Shown piece by piece: positions 9,599 to 19,258 of a stretch of DNA of 64,000 bases. The position numbers were made by a program, and so were the translations under genes. Position 1 is the first letter of the stretch. Each line of letters starts with the position of its first letter. Below the pieces are notes generated by a model. It made no database searches. It worked only from the letters and a program-made list of their open reading frames with translations, and was not told where the DNA came from. Source of the DNA: Piedraia hortae CBS 480.64 (taxonomy: Eukaryota); the NCBI GenBank assembly GCA_010093745.1, contig MU005957.1:372001-436000 (forward strand), written 5' to 3'.

Positions 9599-10354
9599 TC
9601 CCATCTCCTGTACCACCTTTTTCAAATTGTTCTCATCATGGGCGAATCTGCCCAGGAAAAGTCCGTCCACTCCATCTTTCACACTTTCCCACGTCCCTGG
9701 CCCAGCACTTCCTCCGTAAAGAAACCCAACTCGACCCTTCCTTCCTTTAACAAGGTCCTTCAAATTCTGCCCAACCATGACAATGTGATCAGCCCCAGCG
9801 GGTTTATCAGCCCCGATGGCCCAGACCGGCTCATAGGCAAACACGACATCTTGATCATCATCGATTAGTTTCAAAGCGGCCTGAACCTGAGCCCTGCACT
9901 CTTCCACAGCCATCCCTACTGCCTGAGATAGAATACTCGACTGCGATGTCTCACCGATGCAAATCAGAGGAATCATGCCATTCCTCACCACCGCCGCAAC
10001 CTTCTTCCCGATAAGCTCGTCGGTCTCTCCAAACAGTTTCCTCCTCTCCGCATGGCCCACTTCGACGTACTCGACGCCCATTTGCGCCAGGTTTCGCGGT
10101 GAAACCTCGCCTGTGTATGCTCCAAAGTCCTGGTCGGAGCAGTTTTGCGCCCCGATCATGACTTGCGAGCCTTTGGCAGTGGCTATCACCGAGGGTAGGG
10201 AAAGAAAGTCGGGAACGAGGAGGAGATGGATGTTTTTGGGATGGAGGCTGGTAAGCGTGTTCGTGTAGTGTTTGGTTTTCTCCAGGTCAAAGTACATTTT
10301 AGTTGATACTGCGAGCAGCGGTTTGGACTTGTCTGGGGTGGGAATTGGAGCCAT
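9593..10354 (-). CDS. Triosephosphate isomerase-family paralog (non-canonical, possibly a tetrose-phosphate isomerase)
   Basis: GAYTGEVS, GHAERR, AYEPVWAIG and LYGGS are TIM motifs, but VSTKMYF replaces GNWKMN and DGLFLGRFAH replaces DGFLVGGASL. Confidence 0.9.
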   Translation of the reverse strand: MAPIPTPDKSKPLLAVSTKMYFDLEKTKHYTNTLTSLHPKNIHLLLVPDFLSLPSVIATAKGSQVMIGAQNCSDQDFGAYTGEVSPRNLAQMGVEYVEVGHAERRKLFGETDELIGKKVAAVVRNGMIPLICIGETSQSSILSQAVGMAVEECRAQVQAALKLIDDDQDVVFAYEPVWAIGADKPAGADHIVMVGQNLKDLVKGRKGRVGFLYGGSAGPGTWESVKDGVDGLFLGRFAHDENNLKKVVQEMGG

Positions 10355-10449
10355 GGGCGGTGATGAGCGAAATGGGGGCAGATGAAGACAAGATGGTGGG
10401 GGTTATAAGCAGATGACGTGAGCGGGGCATCCCCCAACTTTGACCAGCC

Positions 10450-10854
10450 TCAGACATAATCTCCCCAAACATTTAACATCCAGCCAAGAGAAAATGTAGC
10501 CACAAAAATTGGTCCAGCAAGACCTTTTCCCCACCTCGCTGTTCCAAACCCCCACCACTCAATGATAAAGTGCAACCATGCAACGACAAAAGTCCACAAC
10601 GCAAGCTCATATACTTGCTTATTCGTAATGTGGTACGCAGCGTAGAGGCGGACAAAACTGCTTATGGCCGTCCATGTGCCAAACGTTCTTGCATTAAGTG
10701 CTGTAACGACGACTGTAGGCGAGGAGTAGACCTGTCTTGTGCCGGAAGTCGATATGTAAGCTTGTACGCTGTTGCCAATGGAGACGACAGAGATGAACAG
10801 TAGCCATAGGGGGAGATAGCCCGGATGAGGGGGAAGCAGCTTTGCTAGGTCCAT
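10450..10854 (-). CDS. ERG28: Ergosterol biosynthesis scaffold Erg28
   Basis: GYLPLWLLFISVVSIGNSVQAY, ARTFGTWT, RLYAAYHI, HFIIEW..FGTA; 134-aa membrane protein. Confidence 0.93.
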   Translation of the reverse strand: MDLAKLLPPHPGYLPLWLLFISVVSIGNSVQAYISTSGTRQVYSSPTVVVTALNARTFGTWTAISSFVRLYAAYHITNKQVYELALWTFVVAWLHFIIEWWGFGTARWGKGLAGPIFVATFSLGWMLNVWGDYV

Positions 10855-10989
10855 CTGCACAGCTCGGTTCCGTGCAGTCTTCTGTGTTTGACAGTTGACA
10901 GCGGAGCGGGCCGCCCGCTAACATCACGTTTCATCCCCCCCCCACACCCAACAAAAAAAAAAGTCCGAAATCCAGAAATATTCAACAGC

Positions 10990-12288
10990 ATGGCTAGTAA
11001 GTCAGCCCTGACCTTTGAGCTCGCAGCACAATGCACCGTACGTGGCCATCTATGATGAACGAACCACCCTGTCTAACCAGGGTTCAAGACAACGCGCGCG
11101 CGCGCAGCGACTCTCCACCTCCCACACGGCCCCGTCCAAACCCCGATATTCATGCCCGTAGCGACGCAAGCCTCCCTCAAAGGCCTCACACCAACCCAAC
11201 TCGAAGAAACCGGCTGCAGACTTTGCTTAAACAACACCTACCACCTCGGTCTAAAACCTGGCCAGCCCGTCCTCGACGCCCTCGGCGGAGCCCATAACCT
11301 CCAAGGTTGGAAACACAACCTCCTAACCGACAGCGGGGGGTACGTCCCCCTCCCCACCCCTACCCTTCCCCAGTCTAACCCCTCCTCTAGCTTCCAAATG
11401 GTCTCCCTCCTCGACCTCTCCACCGTAACGGAAGAAGGCGTCCGCTTCAGCAGTCCCCACGACGGCACTCCCATGCTCCTCACCCCCGAACACTCCATCT
11501 CCCTCCAACACAGCATCGGCTCGGACATAATAATGCAACTCGACGACGTCATCGCAACCACCTCCCCCGACCACACCCGCCTCGAAGAGGCCATGCGACG
11601 GAGCGTCCGCTGGCTAGACCGGTGCATCGCAGCCCACACAACCCCTCAAACCCAGAACCTCTTCTGCATAATCCAAGGCGGGTTGGACCCTGCCTTGCGA
11701 GAAGAATGCTGCCGCGAGATGATCGCGCGGAATACCCCCGGGATCGCCATCGGCGGGTTAAGCGGTGGAGAGGAGAAATCAGCTTACTGCAATGTCGTGG
11801 CGACGTGCACCGCCGTTCTACCGCGAGACAAGCCCCGATATGTTATGGGTGTGGGATACCCGGAGGATCTCCTGGTTTCTATCGCCCTGGGGGCGGATAT
11901 GTTCGACTGCGTGTGGCCTACGCGCACCGCGCGGTTCGGGAATGCGGTTACGGATGAGGGCGTTTTTAACCTTAAGGGGGTGAGGTTTAGTTGTGATTTT
12001 GATGTTATTGATTCGAAGTGTGGGTGTGAGGCTTGTAAGGAGGGGAAAGGTGTTTCGAGGGCTTTCATTCATCATGTTGCGGCTAAGGAGACGGTGGGGG
12101 CGCATTTGTTGAGTGTGCATAATGTGCATTATTTGTTGGGGTTGATGGGGAGGGTTAGGGAGGCGATTGCCAGTGGCACGTTTCCGGAGTTTTTGAGGAG
12201 GTGGTTTGATGTCAGATTCAAGGGCGAGCCGCCGGGTTGGGCGGTTGATGCGCTTAGAGCGGTGGGGGTTGAATTGGTACATGGGTAG
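10990..12288 (+). CDS. QTRT1: Queuine tRNA-ribosyltransferase catalytic subunit; exons 10990-11037, 11089-11339, 11391-12288
   Basis: TPIFMPVATQ, LNNTYHL, LTDSGG|FQMVSL after removing a 51-nt intron, IIQGG, IGGLSGGE, PRYVMGVG, DMFDCVWPTRTARFG, CxCxxC and HN zinc ligands. Confidence 0.95.
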
Positions 12289-12577
12289 TTAAAAGGGGAG
12301 TGGATGGATAGGTAGTCCAGGAGAGTTGGTGGATAGATGGTCAGCGGGAAACTGTCTTCCAAACGACGGACAAAATGTACGGTCACGACAGAATGGATAG
12401 ACGACAGGAACCAAATTCCAACAAACTTTTGGAGCTCGCGCTCGTGTGTCTAAAACTGCTTCTACTCTCATTCGACTGCATGTCGCTGTCGTGTCCTTCG
12501 TCACCACATCTAGACCGTCTATACCGTAGCGTCGTATATGTGAAAGAATTCCAGAACAGCCACCCAGAAGAATATAT

Positions 12578-13938
12578 TCAAGCAGAATACAAGTCGGATT
12601 CCCCGCCTGGTTCCGCCTTGACCTGAGACATGTGAGATCCCGCGTTGTGCTGGCCGTTGATGAACCCGTCCTGTCCACTCTGGCTAAAGGCGCGAGTCCA
12701 TTCCAGCTGTCCGTTGCTAACATCGTTGCTGACCTGCTGCGTATCGGAGTGGTAGCGTGCGTTAGGGTGGCTCATAAAATGCAGTGACTGATCATGGTAG
12801 CCGTTAATGCCCGGATAGACGTAGTTATCCGGGACAGAATAAGGGCCTGACGTGGCCATAACATCGGATGAACCAGGTCCAGTCGTCATCATCATTGGAT
12901 TGCGACTAAGGCTATTGGCCCGAGAAGGTCGTGAAGACATTCCGTCCGCATTATCACCACTGGCAACTTCAGGAAGGCCGGCTAATCCTATAGGGCCGTC
13001 CTGCTGGCTGATGGACAGACGGCTGCCGGCAGTGTTGGTGCGTCGATGGGTAAGATGCGTGGCGCCTGTGGGATTGCCGCGACGAAGGGAGCATTTTCCA
13101 AAGTGACGCTTGAGAATATCGCTGCGAGAAAACGTGTCTCGGCAGAGGGGACAAGCGTAGGGACGGTCGCCGGTATCTACAGGAGATTAGCTTGTGCAAA
13201 TACCTCGGGCGTTTGAAGCTTACGTCTGAGCAAATGTCTCTTCAGATGCTTTGCGTGGAGGTATCCCTTGTTACAGTGTGGACACGGAAACTTCCCTTCT
13301 TCGTTACGCTGCGGAACGGCCGCCTTTGCAGCGGCAGCGGCTCCACTGCCCCGCGGGGGCGGGTCGGGCCTGCCGGGGTCACTCGGGAGGATGCCGCGGC
13401 GGCCCTGGGATCCAACTACGTGCGACGGACCATCTTCTGGGAACTGCTGTGCAATACCCTGGCTGCTGATACTCGGCAGTCTGGGTGTGATGCCGCCGGG
13501 AGGCATGGGCCGGAGGCTAGGGAGGTTGTTGGCCTGCAACACGGCGGGAAAAGGCTGGGTGTAGCCCTGTGTGTGGGCCGACGAATCCGCCGGCGAGCCC
13601 TGACTTACGGGGGGTGCCGTGTAGGCATAGTTGAACTGTGAGTAAATGTGTCGCTGCTGCAGCGGAGCTAGTACGGGAGGCCCTTGGTTTTGGTAGTGAC
13701 TCAAGTACGACTGCTGCTGGCCATGCTGTTGCTGCTGCTGCTGCTGCTGCTGTTGTTGTTGTTGCTGCTGCTGCGACTGCGCCGCTGGTTGCGCCTGCTG
13801 TGGCTGACCCTGCTGTTGTTGCTGCGGGGGCTGGGACTGCTCCGGTGACGGTGGTCTGGGAGCCTGCGACGCCTGCGACGCCTGCGAAGGCTGTTGTGAG
13901 TGGGAGATGTAGCTTGCAAAGGGGACGTGGACATCCAT
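12578..13938 (-). CDS. rfeC: C2H2 zinc-finger transcription factor, RfeC-like; exons 13938-13224 and 13176-12578
   Basis: Gln-rich N-terminus, HVVGSQGRRGILPS, finger 1 FPCPHCNKGYLHAKHLKRHLLRH. A 47-nt intron at 13223-13177 joins TGDRPYACPLCRDTFSRSDILKRHFGKC in frame with ORF 12578-12940. The symbol is from recalled similarity to the Aspergillus factor. Confidence 0.82.
13709..13825 (-). repeat. CAG/CAA microsatellite encoding polyglutamine
   Basis: (ctg)n/(ttg)n runs on the + strand giving a Q16 tract plus shorter Q runs. Confidence 0.9.
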
Positions 13939-14619
13939 GACCGTTACTATGCGGTGGGGAGGTGGAGCTGGGTGGGGGGTGAGGGGTTTGGTGAGGGGTG
14001 AACGAATTTCTGAGTGTCGGCGGTCGGCAAAGTGACGGCCCGCATGGCCCCAGGCTTGGCAGAAATTTCCTGTGTAACACGTGGTTAGCGCACTCGGCTT
14101 ACCGTTACGGGAAAGCCGCCAGTGTCGCTGACCAATCACCGATCCCAGATGCAGTCGCTAGAGAGCGGTGAGAAGATTTTTCTACTAGCTATTTTGGACA
14201 TGCATGAACGAACCGTCCGATCGACGCCAGGTTTAGACGAACGCTCAGAACGTAGACAATTTATTGACGTGATCTGGCAGATCATCAGTTACAGGGTTAC
14301 CACATAGCCAGTCGAACTACGCTAGTAGTCACCTCAACTAGCTTTAAGCCACTTGCTCTCGGCGTTTTCACGGCCAAGCCTGACAGCAAAAGAAATTTGC
14401 TCCATCTCTGATCTTAGTGTTGAGGAAATGCTCGGCCGAGTGCTGCTCCATGACCATATTTGTATTAAAAAACTTCCTCCACTTCCCATCAACCAAGGGC
14501 CGAGACCTCATTGGCGGCGTCCCCTGTGCGTTCTCTACAGTCTATCTGCACGACAGCTAAAAAGGTAAACCGTCGTAGAATTTACTGACCCCGCCTATTA
14601 TTCCTTCATCTCCTGAACA

Positions 14620-16101
14620 ATGGCCGTAGTCGTCTCTCAAACGCTTCCATATTCCCAAGACACCCTCCAGCTTGATTCAAACGACTGCTGGAAGACCCTC
14701 TTTCCTTTGTTTCGTCCCAGTATCCGATCAGAAAACCTCCCAGGAGGCCACATAGTCTTCCTCAACGAAGACTGCAAATGTTCGGCAGTTGACATTGCTG
14801 CAGTTGCCCGCCCAGGGCATTTCTCCACTCTCCTACCGTCTCAACATCTCTCTGCAATCGTCATTGAAGGTCCCGAGCCTATAACCGCTCGGGAGATACA
14901 AAAGACTTTGTCCGGGAAGGGCCTCGTATTGTTGCGAGCAGGACTGGGCTGGCATGTCCAGACCCAAGACAACACTGCCATTGTTGTCGAGACTCCCAGC
15001 GAGCTCGAACACAACCATGTGATAAGCGTCCTGGCGCAAGCCACTGATGAGTGCCGTGAATCCATCAGCCGGATGGCGGGCCTGTTCGAACAAATTGTTC
15101 CCCAGGCGATAGCTACTCACGTCCGGTTCCACGATCAGAAGATCGATGGCAAGCCAGCCCTGACCGTATCCAAAGAAATAAAACCATACACCCAAGCCCG
15201 CGAAGCATTGGAATCGCTCATCGACATCCCATCGACAGAAGCAACAACTTACAGCGTGCACTATGCCGATATTAATGGCCTCAGCCAGCTAGAGAATTTG
15301 ATCTCCATCGACGCAATAGCGACAACCCTCGAAAAGCGCAAAATCGGGTACCGGATATCCCACTCCTCCCTCATCGACTACACCAACCATGCACGTGGAT
15401 TCTCCATTTCCATCCTCCCCTTATCCTCCCAAGATGTCAAACCCCAATCCCCACCAAACCCTGCACCAAACCCAACCCGACCCTCCACAAACCCCCACTC
15501 CCTCTCAAGCAAAGCCCAAATGACCTTCAACGACCCCACGATCCGCTCGCGGATAACCAAAGGCTGCAAAGGCGTTATCGCCGCCGAACCCACGATAACC
15601 GAGTACGACCAGATTGTCGGCGACGGGGATTGCGGGTATACCCTTCGGGACGGCGCGAAGCAGGTCCTTCAATTCATCGAGGGACGGGATCTGACGCAGT
15701 TGCCTGATGTCGTGAACGCTTTGGTCGGGGAGCTTGAGGTCAAAATGGGGGGAACTAGTGGTGCGTTGTATTGTATCTACCTGACTGCGTTGGCGGGAGC
15801 GTTGGGTTCGGCCAAGACGGTGCCTCAGGCGCTGGAGATTGCGTTGAAGCAGCTGCAGAGGTATACGCGTGCGCGGAAGGGCGATAGGACTTTGATGGAT
15901 GCTTTGATACCCTATGTGGAGACTCTGTGTGATAATGGGGACGCTCAGGCGGCGGTAGACGCTGCGCGAGAGGGAGTGGAGGGTACGAGGAAGATGGAAG
16001 CCCATCTCGGTCGTAGCACGTACTTGGATAACAAGGCCATCCAAGGCGTTCCTGACCCGGGGGCATATGGATTGTTGGTTTTGCTTGAGAACATGTCTTG
16101 A
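14620..16101 (+). CDS. Dihydroxyacetone-kinase-family protein with intact Dak2 (DhaL) domain and degenerate Dak1 (DhaK) domain
   Basis: C-terminal EYDQIVGDGDCG, MGGTSGALY, GDRTLMDAL, GRSTY and PDPGAYG are intact. The N-terminal ~270 aa keep only faint echoes (ARPGHFS, NGLSQLE, GFSISIL). Confidence 0.85.
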   Translation: MAVVVSQTLPYSQDTLQLDSNDCWKTLFPLFRPSIRSENLPGGHIVFLNEDCKCSAVDIAAVARPGHFSTLLPSQHLSAIVIEGPEPITAREIQKTLSGKGLVLLRAGLGWHVQTQDNTAIVVETPSELEHNHVISVLAQATDECRESISRMAGLFEQIVPQAIATHVRFHDQKIDGKPALTVSKEIKPYTQAREALESLIDIPSTEATTYSVHYADINGLSQLENLISIDAIATTLEKRKIGYRISHSSLIDYTNHARGFSISILPLSSQDVKPQSPPNPAPNPTRPSTNPHSLSSKAQMTFNDPTIRSRITKGCKGVIAAEPTITEYDQIVGDGDCGYTLRDGAKQVLQFIEGRDLTQLPDVVNALVGELEVKMGGTSGALYCIYLTALAGALGSAKTVPQALEIALKQLQRYTRARKGDRTLMDALIPYVETLCDNGDAQAAVDAAREGVEGTRKMEAHLGRSTYLDNKAIQGVPDPGAYGLLVLLENMS

Positions 16102-16109
16102 TTTGATAG

Positions 16110-17096
16110 CTATGTATCCTCCTCGTCGACAGTCTCCTTCTTTTTCTTTTTCTTCTTCTTCGTCTTCTTCTCGGGCTCCTCGTCTGGATCGACAAAAGCC
16201 TCTTGACGCTTCCTTTTCTTCTCCTTGATCTTTTCCTTTGTAGACTCCTCCTTGCGCTCTTTCTCCACTCGCTCCTTTTCGAATTTGGAGAGGAAGTACT
16301 CGCCGGACTCCATCTGCAAGTCGAGTTTGCTCTTTTCTCGTTCGGGCGGGAAGGGTGTATATGTTTTCTTCTTGGTTACAACATGCGGCACGCGTCTCTT
16401 GGCCATTGAGCGCTTTTTGAAGTGCGGCAGGAAACGATCCCAGCTTTCGTTCTTTAGCTGTGGATCCTTTGCGAGCTCTCTCTTGATCATCAGCTCTTTG
16501 ATGTGGTAGACGGGGTGGATGTTTGCCATGCAATCCTCAACAACCCTCCTGACTTCTTTCAGACCGCGATGGGATCCCATCACCGATACCGTGTGGCCTT
16601 GCACGAGGATATACGTTTCTGTCAACAGCTCCAGTGCTTTGAGCGTGCTCATGTTGGGACCGAGAAGTCGCTGACGTCGTTTCGCAAACCGGTCCTTGTT
16701 CCGCACCATGCCCCTGATCTTGATAATGTCGCAGTATGTCCCGTCTTCCAGCACCTTGATGGCCTGGTCTGCGGGGACGCTTCTTGCCAGCAGCTTGATC
16801 AGGTCGCGCGCGTTGAGAATGGCGGCCGGGTCGTACGTTTTGCGCGTGGTAGAGACCTTCATACTACCCTCAACGAGATCCAGAGTGCAGTCGATGCCGC
16901 GCTTGGCGAGCGCTTTGGTGATAGCCGGCCATGCGGCCTTGAGGTAGACTTCGCGGTATTTGGGGAATAAAGTCGCAAAGGTTGAAGATTCGAGAAAAGG
17001 TCCACCTGCGTTGGACTCGGCTGTAAAAGGTGCTTCGGCCCATTTGTCAATGTCCTCCGTGTCCCACGGTTTGTCCTTTTTGTGTGTCGATGGCAT
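16110..17096 (-). CDS. KRR1: 90S preribosome KH-domain protein Krr1
   Basis: [63 protein letters not shown]. Confidence 0.97.
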   Translation of the reverse strand: MPSTHKKDKPWDTEDIDKWAEAPFTAESNAGGPFLESSTFATLFPKYREVYLKAAWPAITKALAKRGIDCTLDLVEGSMKVSTTRKTYDPAAILNARDLIKLLARSVPADQAIKVLEDGTYCDIIKIRGMVRNKDRFAKRRQRLLGPNMSTLKALELLTETYILVQGHTVSVMGSHRGLKEVRRVVEDCMANIHPVYHIKELMIKRELAKDPQLKNESWDRFLPHFKKRSMAKRRVPHVVTKKKTYTPFPPEREKSKLDLQMESGEYFLSKFEKERVEKERKEESTKEKIKEKKRKRQEAFVDPDEEPEKKTKKKKKKKKETVDEEDT

Positions 17097-17150
17097 TGTG
17101 TTGGTTGGCGGAAAAAAACTGATAACTTGCGCTAGAGGTGTGGTTGTCAC

Positions 17151-17197
17151 TAGGGTTAGGATGCTCTTTCCATTTTTGTCGGCGAAAAAAAAAGTTT
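17151..17197. promoter_or_regulatory. Candidate KRR1 promoter elements (TAGGGTTAGG and RRPE-like GCGAAAAAAAAAGTTT)
   Basis: Both motifs lie in the 126-nt gap upstream of the KRR1 ATG; function inferred from ribosome-biogenesis promoters of other fungi. Confidence 0.3.
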
Positions 17198-17222
17198 GAG
17201 CTGTGCGTGGGAAGGTTGTATA

Positions 17223-19040
17223 CTACGCAATCCATTCGATGAAGTAGTCTATCCACAACTCCACATTGGACGGTCTCGGTTTCAGCTCTGGCTCTTCATC
17301 ATGAAGCTTTGCCTGCGTCTTCTCAACCGCCGTCTGCACCTCCTCATCTACATTCTGCTCCCCGTACAGTTCACACTTGTCACACGATTCGCATTTCCCC
17401 ATGCCCCTCTCTCTGAAATGTTGGCAAAAGTGCTGATACCCATCATCGATCGTCTCCCTGCAAAGATAACACATGGAATGTCCACAGGTGCATTTCATTT
17501 TGTTGCATCCAGATTCTTTAACAAACGCCAGTCCGCAAGAGAGACAAGTCCGCTTCACTACATCCGTCGCACTATCCTCGACGGCAGTGCGAAGAGACGT
17601 GAGCTTTGCTTCAAAGCAAACGTGCGGATCCCGCCATTGTGCGGAGCAGCGCAGACAGCTCGTGATGCCGCACCCAGGGGCTTGGCAATGGAACTTTAGC
17701 CCGTGCCGTTTGAGCCGAATGCGTCGAAGGGAGCTTCTCAGCATTTCAGCAGTCTTGAACTCTGTCATGCCAAGGAAAACATGCATGGCAAGGTAGAAGA
17801 AAAACCTTAGCACCGGCCAGACAGGGCTGGACGGCTCGTATTCAGCTTCGGCATAGGAGCAAAATGGACAGTTGTGTACGGCAAGACGACTTTCACGAAT
17901 CGACGCTTCCGCGCAGCGGGACGAGAATGTAGTCCAATCTGCCGCGCTGTTTGCACCAGTACTGCACAAGGCCTGGCAAACTTGATCTGCCGAGATGATT
18001 CCGTGACATTCAGACGCAGAAGGGGCGAAACACTTGACAGTCCCGTGGTTAACATCGGCAGTGCGAGCCCACCCCTGGCCGTAAACAGCCTCATGAACCG
18101 TCCTCTGTACACAAGTTGAGCAAAGCGTGTGACATTGCTCCTTTGCACTGCAAAACGTAATGTCCTCAAACGGGACAGAATCGTAGCAGCATTCGCACTC
18201 GTAAAGCGAGTCGGCAGCCGCGGCTTCAGAAGCGTTCAACAGGCGGGCATATGCCCTATCGCGAGCTTCTTGAACTCGCCTCCTCTGAGTCATTACCGGT
18301 TGAACAAAGAGGGTATATAATTCCCTATCCAAGACCGCGCTGCCTGTGCACCTTACAGCCAGATTTCCATTTGCCAAGGTGATGATATAGGGATGTGACT
18401 TGTATCTCCACCCACCCCCTTCGCTCTCACCGTTCATCTTGACATCGGCGTTGACAGTCTTGGATGACCGTAGAAACATCCATCTCGGACGCGGTGCGTC
18501 CATTTTCAGCAGCACTGGTCTTGCTCGACGGTAGGAGAGATGATTCTCTTTCAAAACCTGCCTTATATGTCGCGGTTTTAACGACTTGAACTCTGAATAA
18601 CACACAGCTTTGACAGCCTTTTGGTATTGGGGAGTTTTGAATTTCTCCTCTTCCAAAGCAATTTCCTTGTCCTTCTCGGCTTCCGCGTCCTGCTGACCTG
18701 GTGGTGTCGAGTATTTGGACAGCCCTCCTCTGAGAGCCGCGTCGGCCACAATTTCCATCCTGCTCTCGGCGGAGACGTTGCTGAGCATATCATGAAGCGC
18801 AGACGGGGTGATATCGGGAAACACGTCAGCGAGGACCTCAAGGTTCCAGTTGAGAGTTTTGGTTTCTTCATCCTCGTCCTCTTCCCGTTCGATTTCCTCC
18901 TGGGATGACCGAGGGTCGTAGAACTTCATGTCATCTTCCTTGAATGCGGTGCGGAAAGGGAACATTTTCTCCCATGTCGACGCAGACATTGACTCGCCGT
19001 GGGGGGAAAGAGTCATGACCGGACCGACACGCGACCGCAT
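17223..19040 (-). CDS. RBR-type E3 ubiquitin ligase (RNF216/TRIAD3-like) with N-terminal CUE-like domain
   Basis: LADVFPDI (CUE-like), RING1 ECECCY..C..H.LC..C, IBR CPFC...FHC...C...SCLRC...H.C, RING2 CLSCGLAFVKESGCNKMKCTCGHSMCYLC. Start codon uncertain. Confidence 0.88.
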   Translation of the reverse strand: MRSRVGPVMTLSPHGESMSASTWEKMFPFRTAFKEDDMKFYDPRSSQEEIEREEDEDEETKTLNWNLEVLADVFPDITPSALHDMLSNVSAESRMEIVADAALRGGLSKYSTPPGQQDAEAEKDKEIALEEEKFKTPQYQKAVKAVCYSEFKSLKPRHIRQVLKENHLSYRRARPVLLKMDAPRPRWMFLRSSKTVNADVKMNGESEGGGWRYKSHPYIITLANGNLAVRCTGSAVLDRELYTLFVQPVMTQRRRVQEARDRAYARLLNASEAAAADSLYECECCYDSVPFEDITFCSAKEQCHTLCSTCVQRTVHEAVYGQGWARTADVNHGTVKCFAPSASECHGIISADQVCQALCSTGANSAADWTTFSSRCAEASIRESRLAVHNCPFCSYAEAEYEPSSPVWPVLRFFFYLAMHVFLGMTEFKTAEMLRSSLRRIRLKRHGLKFHCQAPGCGITSCLRCSAQWRDPHVCFEAKLTSLRTAVEDSATDVVKRTCLSCGLAFVKESGCNKMKCTCGHSMCYLCRETIDDGYQHFCQHFRERGMGKCESCDKCELYGEQNVDEEVQTAVEKTQAKLHDEEPELKPRPSNVELWIDYFIEWIA

Positions 19041-19258
19041 CGACCGAGTTGGCGATCATGGCTCTGTTGTCTACGTAATTCTACAGTGGGAGATTGCTTC
19101 CAGGGCGCAGCAAATGCCGCGGCGCCTTGCCCGTTTGGGCGGTGGGAAACGGCCACTAAGCAGGCTTTGACTTGGGACTCCAGCCATATGCACCTAGATA
19201 GCCCTAGATAGTTGTAGATAGCCATAGATGGAGGCATGAGACGATATTTCCTACTTTT

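Noticed and set aside
9593..10354. Calling this gene glycolytic TPI1
   Set aside because: Lacks the GNWK and GFLVGGASL signatures; belongs to a paralogous subfamily.
15505..16533. 342-aa minus-strand ORF spanning KRR1 and the DAK-like gene
   Set aside because: Alternative frame of KRR1 plus antisense of the DAK-like gene; no motifs.
17151..17160. Telomeric repeat TAGGGTTAGG
   Set aside because: Under two units and internal; at most a promoter motif.
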